Assembly: GCA_046497485.1 (NCBI GenBank)
Contig: JAWOFP010000026.1
Span: 1-11,624 of the forward strand
DNA from: Candidatus Nanohaloarchaea archaeon
GTDB taxonomy: Archaea > Nanohalarchaeota > Nanosalinia > Nanosalinales > Nanosalinaceae
Direction of reading: 5' to 3'
DNA length: 11,624 nucleotides
The translations under genes and the position numbers were made by a program. The stretch's first letter is position 1. Every line of letters starts with the position of its first letter. This document shows positions 7,113 to 11,624 of this stretch, piece after piece. Below the pieces are notes generated by a model that ran no database searches, was not told where the DNA came from, and saw only the letters and a list, made by a program, of their open reading frames with translations.

Positions 7113-7655
7113 CTAGGTAAACTCTTCAGCTATCTTCCTGAAGTTTTGGTTCCAAATCTCGATTCTGGATTCTGAAGATGATTCAGCAAATGTTTTATCG
7201 GAATCCTCAAGCATCAGGACTCGATCCCAGTTTCTCTCATCTCCTCTGATTTCGTCGGATATTTTGATCGGTACTTTGAACTGATATTCCTTAATCTCGC
7301 CGTTTGGAAGGCCTAGAACTGTTCCTACTTCAAAATATCCTGTTCTCTTCTTTCCATTAATGAGCTCCAGAAGTTTTTCTGCAGGAATTTCCTGGTCAAA
7401 ATAGCTTATGTAAGGTCCTGGAAATCCGGGAACTGCGTCCAGATACAGGCTGTGGTCTTCCCTAATTACAGGTTCGTCGATATCTTCAATTATCTGTTCT
7501 ACAGTGTGCCTAGCTATTTCCATACTGTTTGAGGCCTGAATTTCATTATAGTTTTTGTCCAGCTGCTTAATTTCTATATTTGTTTTCTTGAATGCTTTTT
7601 TCGCTGAACTCAATTTGTCGGAATTACTGGTTATCAAGTAGATTGTATCTGTCAT
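7113..7655 (-). CDS. Ham1/RdgB family non-canonical purine NTP pyrophosphatase
   Basis: ITSNSDK, EIQA, EDHSLYLDAVPGFPGPY motifs; the usual C-terminal SHR motif is diverged. Confidence 0.85.
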   Translation of the reverse strand: MTDTIYLITSNSDKLSSAKKAFKKTNIEIKQLDKNYNEIQASNSMEIARHTVEQIIEDIDEPVIREDHSLYLDAVPGFPGPYISYFDQEIPAEKLLELINGKKRTGYFEVGTVLGLPNGEIKEYQFKVPIKISDEIRGDERNWDRVLMLEDSDKTFAESSSESRIEIWNQNFRKIAEEFT

Positions 7656-7682
7656 AGAGAAAAAGAAATTAGGAAATGCGGT

Positions 7683-7766
7683 TTATTCGTCGTCTTCGTG
7701 GTCGTGGTCTTCATCTCCTGTCAGATCTACTCCGCAAGTCTTGCAGACTTTTTCTTCATCGCTCAT
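7683..7766 (-). CDS. Unannotated 27-aa CxxCG/HxH putative metal-binding microprotein (MSDEEKVCKTCGVDLTGDEDHDHEDDE)
   Basis: ATG 1 nt after the thioredoxin stop; GAGGTGA SD 9 nt upstream; fills the gap in a co-oriented gene run; acidic composition. Confidence 0.75.
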   Translation of the reverse strand: MSDEEKVCKTCGVDLTGDEDHDHEDDE

Positions 7767-7767
7767 T

Positions 7768-8043
7768 TTAGTTTGTCACCTCTTCATCGTTGGCCCAGGC
7801 CTTCAAGGTTTCATAATCTGTTCCTCCACAGATCCATTCCTCTGTCTCTGTGTTGTAGAAGAACGGTACTCCACCACATTTGTCGTCTCCATCTACATCA
7901 TAATAGACTTCTTGGTTGTCTTCATCGTTCCAGACTTCTAGTTTCTGGACATTGAATCCTTCTTCCTCTTCGAGTTTCTCTACTTTAGGCCTCATTGATT
8001 CGCAGTGAGTGCATCCATCTCCGTAAAATTCGTATAAAGTCAT
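7768..8043 (-). CDS. Thioredoxin/glutaredoxin-like protein
   Basis: EFYGDGCTHC active site and cis-Pro motif GVPFF; ATG at 8043 (MTLYEFY) more plausible than the 8097 start. Confidence 0.88.
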   Translation of the reverse strand: MTLYEFYGDGCTHCESMRPKVEKLEEEEGFNVQKLEVWNDEDNQEVYYDVDGDDKCGGVPFFYNTETEEWICGGTDYETLKAWANDEEVTN

Positions 8044-8106
8044 TCTTGAACCACAAAGATTAATTGTGAGGCCTTCTTTTTCAATCTTCCATAACAACTA
8101 TGTTAC

Positions 8107-8913
8107 ATGCTGGAGTTCATATGGAAATATTTGATAGGACCGATAGTCGCGGAAGCAATAGGAGAATCAGCAATCTGGAGAGGAGTCGAGTCAGTAGCAG
8201 GTTACAATATCTATAATACCTTTGCTTGGATGATTTTAGGCCTATCAACAGTAATTCTAATCAAAAAATTGTTTGAAAAGTATGAAATTGATTTTACTCC
8301 GGAGACAGCTTTCAATTTAATACCTGTGATAATTTTGGCAGGAGTCTTGAGAGCGGTTCAGGACGCAGTAAACCTTCCCTTACTTGTAGAGATTCTGCTG
8401 ATTACTCCGGTAATCTATATTTGGATAGCATTATTTACAATTAGTTTACTTGCTTTGAACCAGTTTAGAGGCCTTAAATTCAGATATATCAACTCGGTAA
8501 TAATACTGGCGGTATTAGGTCTTCTATTCTGGATTCAGGCCCCTTTAATTCCTGTAGCAGCTGTAACTATTGGAGCAGGTGTGATTGGAGGCCTTTACTA
8601 CTTCTTAACTGAAGAAACTAGTTATGGTTCGAGTCCTCTAACCTTTATGGTTATGAGCCAGTTCTTTGAAGCCTTTTCATCAATGTATGGGCTTTCTCAA
8701 GGATATAATGCTCGACAGCTATTGACGTCCACAGCTGTAGAGATTATGGGTCCTCTTGGCTTCCTTCTTGTGAAATTATTTGTGCTGGGCGCTGCCTTGA
8801 AGATTTATTTTGACTTGGAGGAGATATGGCGGTCTATACTGCTTGTGGCGCTCTACTCGATCGGTTTCGCGACAGGTATCAGAGTGATCTTGAGAGCTGC
8901 CCTAGGCGTCTGA
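8107..8913 (+). CDS. DUF63 family archaeal integral membrane protein
   Basis: GYNIYNT motif, AGVLRAVQDA, LLITPVIY, C-terminal GFATGIRVILRAALGV; multiple TM helices. Confidence 0.8.
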   Translation: MLEFIWKYLIGPIVAEAIGESAIWRGVESVAGYNIYNTFAWMILGLSTVILIKKLFEKYEIDFTPETAFNLIPVIILAGVLRAVQDAVNLPLLVEILLITPVIYIWIALFTISLLALNQFRGLKFRYINSVIILAVLGLLFWIQAPLIPVAAVTIGAGVIGGLYYFLTEETSYGSSPLTFMVMSQFFEAFSSMYGLSQGYNARQLLTSTAVEIMGPLGFLLVKLFVLGAALKIYFDLEEIWRSILLVALYSIGFATGIRVILRAALGV

Positions 8914-8924
8914 AAAATACAAGA

Positions 8925-8934
8925 TTATTTATGC
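8925..8934 (+). promoter_or_regulatory. Possible TATA box for a leaderless transcript
   Basis: TTTATG at 8928-8933, 24-29 nt upstream of ATG 8957; no SD visible. Confidence 0.4.
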
Positions 8935-8956
8935 AAAGCTCTCTTAATTAGTTTGT

Positions 8957-10291
8957 ATGAGGAAGGCCTTGCTGGTTTCGACCGTTTTTCTATTAATGAT
9001 TGGAACTGTTTCAGCTTTTGAAGTATCTGTAAATAGTTTGGAGCAGACTGCTACGACAGATCAGCCGGCCGTATTCGAGATTGAGGTCGAAAATACCGGT
9101 AGTACTGAGTCAGATTACCGTTTGAATATGCAGGACTACCACAGAAGCCAGTGGTACAGTTACGATGAAAGAATCAATATTCAACCAGGCGAGACACGAG
9201 CATTTGCATTAGAAGTCAGTCCTGGAAACCAGGCGGTTCAGGACCGTTACAACGCGGATTTCTCAGTTAGAGAGTCTGCAACTGATCAAGTTTTCCAAGG
9301 ATCGCTTAACTACCGTGTTACTCGTGACAGAGAACTGAATTTAGAATCCTTCTCAACGGATATATCTGAAGTAAAGCCAGGTGAAGAAGTTGAGGCCTCA
9401 GCCACAGTTAGAAATGTAGGCCCTTCAACGCTTCAAGACCCAGAGATAACATTTAATGGGTTAAATCAGTCAAAAGTCTCAGATCTTGGTCCGATAACAG
9501 GCGGAGGCACACGCTCAGTCACAGAAACTTTTGAAATTAAACAGTTCGAGTCTCCAGGAGTCAAAGAAATAATTTTAGAGGTAGAAGACAGGACCTATAC
9601 TGAGGAAGTTGAAGTAGAAGAAATTGAGAATATCTCTGAGAAAGTTGAAACAGATAACAGAGTTTTTGTAGTGAATAAAGAATACAGGTTCGAGAATGAT
9701 GGTAATACTCAAAGAAATTATACTTACGAAGTTAAAGTTCCAGATTATTTAGCTCCTGTAACTTATACTGAAGACGCGGAAAGATTCAGTTCTGAAAACG
9801 GTACAGGCTACAGATGGACAATGAATTTAGAGCCTGGAGAAACCGAAACAATTGAGACTAGGACAGATTACTGGATACCGATTACAGGCCTCGCAGTATT
9901 ATTCGTAAGCTTTATCGTGCTCAGAAAGATTACCTCAAGCGTCTCAGTCGTGAAAAAAGTAGAGGAAAGAGGCGACAAAGTAATAATTACTTTAGAGGTT
10001 GAAAATTCAAGTTCCAAGACTTATGACGATGTGCTGCTTGAAGATTATGTCCCAAACATTGCATCAGTCAGTTCAAACTTTGACATGGCCACACCTGAAA
10101 TTGTGAACGAAGAAGAAGGCACAAAACTCAAATGGTGGATCACGGATCTAGGCCCAGGAGATCAGAGAATCCTCAAATACACATTAAGGCCTAAAGTAGA
10201 GGTAGAGGGCGGGGTCACATTAGATCCTGCAGAACTGAAAGATGGTGACGAGACCTTGAGTCTGACCGATCAAGTGAAGGCTCGGTTCTAG
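8957..10291 (+). CDS. Secreted single-pass membrane protein with tandem Ig-like (CARDB/NEW3-like) domains and a C-terminal DUF11-like domain
   Basis: Sec signal peptide (VSA|FE); V-N-G and I/L-PGE motifs; TM helix YWIPITGLAVLFVSFIVLRK; post-TM VVKK...LEDYVP...WWITDLGPGD domain. Confidence 0.8.
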   Translation: MRKALLVSTVFLLMIGTVSAFEVSVNSLEQTATTDQPAVFEIEVENTGSTESDYRLNMQDYHRSQWYSYDERINIQPGETRAFALEVSPGNQAVQDRYNADFSVRESATDQVFQGSLNYRVTRDRELNLESFSTDISEVKPGEEVEASATVRNVGPSTLQDPEITFNGLNQSKVSDLGPITGGGTRSVTETFEIKQFESPGVKEIILEVEDRTYTEEVEVEEIENISEKVETDNRVFVVNKEYRFENDGNTQRNYTYEVKVPDYLAPVTYTEDAERFSSENGTGYRWTMNLEPGETETIETRTDYWIPITGLAVLFVSFIVLRKITSSVSVVKKVEERGDKVIITLEVENSSSKTYDDVLLEDYVPNIASVSSNFDMATPEIVNEEEGTKLKWWITDLGPGDQRILKYTLRPKVEVEGGVTLDPAELKDGDETLSLTDQVKARF

Positions 10292-10306
10292 AAACCTTTA
10301 GTAGGG

Positions 10307-10314
10307 TATAAAAA
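10307..10314 (+). promoter_or_regulatory. Possible TATA box of tRNA-Tyr
   Basis: TATAAAAA 26-33 nt upstream of the mature tRNA 5' end. Confidence 0.4.
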
Positions 10315-10339
10315 AACTTCAGGCCTATTTCTTTCATAC

Positions 10340-10413
10340 CCCGACTTAGCTCAGTCTGGCAGAGCGTCCGCCTGTAGAGCGGATTGTCCCAGGTTCAAAT
10401 CCTGGAGTCGGGA
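10340..10413 (+). tRNA. tRNA-Tyr (GTA), intronless, CCA not encoded
   Basis: Cloverleaf: acceptor CCCGACT/AGTCGGG, D arm GCTC/GAGC, anticodon arm TCCGC-CTGTAGA-GCGGA, T arm CCAGG-TTCAAAT-CCTGG; C1:G72, A73 and short variable loop match archaeal/eukaryal Tyr identity. Confidence 0.97.
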
Positions 10414-10718
10414 CTCTGAAAATATCTTTAGGTATGGCGAATATTTTTCTGTTATAAAAGAACAAAGGCCTCATTTCTTTTTCAGTATCTTTCCTATATC
10501 TGGGAGGGATGCGAGGGGCGGCAGGATTCCTTTATTGCTTGGCGGCTGGAGGAGTTTTGCGGCCTCGAACTATTTTTACTTATTCACAGAAAATTGTTTA
10601 GGCCTAATTTTTTGGTGTTTCAGCGGTTCTTGGTTGAATTTGGGCCTGAGTTTGAATGGAGTTCGGGAAACGGCCTTTAAAAGGGAGTCCGCATCTTTGG
10701 TTAGAAGGTGATCTGTGA

Positions 10719-10877
10719 ATGGACATGGTTGAGTCTGGAACTGTTGGAAGGCCTTTGAAACTTGGAAAGTGCCTGGTCTGCGGTGACCGGGTCTTCAAAA
10801 ATCAGAGCTATATTGAAGCGGAGGAGGGACACGCTCATAGAGGCTGCGCTTTGGAGGTGGCTGACGGTGAGGCCTGA
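10719..10877 (+). CDS. Unannotated 52-aa putative zinc-finger protein (CLVCG...HAHRGC)
   Basis: MDMVESGTVGRPLKLGKCLVCGDRVFKNQSYIEAEEGHAHRGCALEVADGEA; AGGTGA SD upstream; CxxC-x18-HxxC spacing. Confidence 0.7.
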   Translation: MDMVESGTVGRPLKLGKCLVCGDRVFKNQSYIEAEEGHAHRGCALEVADGEA

Positions 10878-11127
10878 AAGTGTGGAGAGTTATTCTCCGA
10901 CGGTGGAGGATGCCAGAGAAAAAGTGAAGGCGGTAAGGTATAGATATGATTTGAGTAGTGAGGAAGCTGAGAAACTGGAGTCTTCGTTGATTCAGGCCTC
11001 ATCATTGAATGAGTTCGTGGATGTCTTGGAGTCAAAATTGATGGAGTTCACACTGCGGAAAGGTAAACCTTCGAGAAGAGAGTTTGAGGAGGTTAATACC
11101 GAGGCATTCGCCGGTTTTTCTGCTTAA
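10867..11127 (+). CDS. Hypothetical protein (86 aa), start re-called at GTG 10867
   Basis: GGAGGTGG SD just upstream of an in-frame GTG; overlaps the zinc-finger stop by 11 nt; acidic, helical. The 10762 extension is basic and overlaps the zinc-finger ORF. Confidence 0.65.
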   Translation: MRPESVESYSPTVEDAREKVKAVRYRYDLSSEEAEKLESSLIQASSLNEFVDVLESKLMEFTLRKGKPSRREFEEVNTEAFAGFSA

Positions 11128-11220
11128 CATCTTTCTTTGATTTATTTAAGTGATGGATGTGTAAATCTTGTTAAGTGGATGAAAACCGGTTTAGATCTGG
11201 TTCATGAATAAGATGAGAGA

Positions 11221-11514
11221 ATGCAGAACTTTGAGAAAGTGTTATGGTGGCTTATCGGAGGAACCCGTGGAGGAAAGAATAGGTTGAGAATCATTATGAA
11301 GCTAGATAAACAGCCATTAAACATGAATCAAATCTCAGAGGAACTGGATTTAGATTACAAAACAGTTCAACACCACATAGATTTATTGCAAGATCATAAT
11401 GTTGTCACTGAAATGGGCGATGGTTACGGTAAAAACTACTTTTTAACGGATCAGATGGATGCGAATATGGAAAAACTTGAGAATATTGCGGAAAAAGCAG
11501 GTGTAGAGCAGTGA
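11221..11514 (+). CDS. ArsR-like winged HTH transcriptional regulator (archaeal family)
   Basis: LWWLIGGTRGGKNRLRII, NMNQISEELDLDYKTVQHHIDLL and GYGKNYF motifs. Confidence 0.9.
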   Translation: MQNFEKVLWWLIGGTRGGKNRLRIIMKLDKQPLNMNQISEELDLDYKTVQHHIDLLQDHNVVTEMGDGYGKNYFLTDQMDANMEKLENIAEKAGVEQ

Positions 11515-11624
11515 AGGATTTAGATTTAACTAAGAATCAAACTTTTGCAGTGTTAATTGGTTCTGCCGCAATTTTTGGAGTTATCTCAACACATTTCGCA
11601 AGCAGGTTATTCTTTGCACCGAAT
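11511..11624 (+). CDS. Partial membrane protein (MKDLDLTKNQTFAVLIGSAAIFGVISTHFASRLFFAPN...), truncated by window end
   Basis: GTGA overlap with the regulator stop; AGGTG upstream; open hydrophobic frame to the window edge. Confidence 0.65.
   Translation, partial: MKDLDLTKNQTFAVLIGSAAIFGVISTHFASRLFFAPN

Noticed and set aside
7698..7955. Plus-strand ORFs 7698-7955 and 7741-7941
   Set aside because: Antisense to thioredoxin and the microprotein.
10604..11035. Minus-strand ORFs 10604-10798 and 10835-11035
   Set aside because: Pro/Ser/basic-rich antisense shadows of SD-supported plus-strand ORFs.

Overview
AT-rich archaeal DNA encoding strongly acidic proteins. A class III signal peptide (KGQSAIEYLMTYGW), GGTGA Shine-Dalgarno (SD) motifs and an archaeal-type tRNA-Tyr fit a halophilic DPANN archaeon such as Nanohaloarchaeota (inferred, not verified). 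The left part (1-~5300) looks accessory: a mosaic pilin-like/GLUG surface protein, a palindrome-dense intergenic stretch, a small membrane protein, then three ~700-bp units (GNAT; vapBC; histidine phosphatase) delimited by four direct copies of a tRNA-3'-end-like motif, GGGTCCTGCCA. The right part (~5300-11624) looks core: a small lipoprotein, a flavoprotein disulfide reductase, a Ham1 pyrophosphatase, an unannotated 27-aa CxxCG microprotein, thioredoxin, DUF63, an Ig-domain membrane protein, tRNA-Tyr(GTA), two small coupled ORFs and an ArsR-like regulator. Top observations: (1) a candidate integron-like cassette array punctuated by tRNA 3' fragments; (2) the palindrome AGGCCT occurs 27 times, rather evenly spaced, in the right 6.3 kb but not at all across the cassette array, resembling a HIP1-like native-DNA mark. 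All counts and alignments were done by eye.
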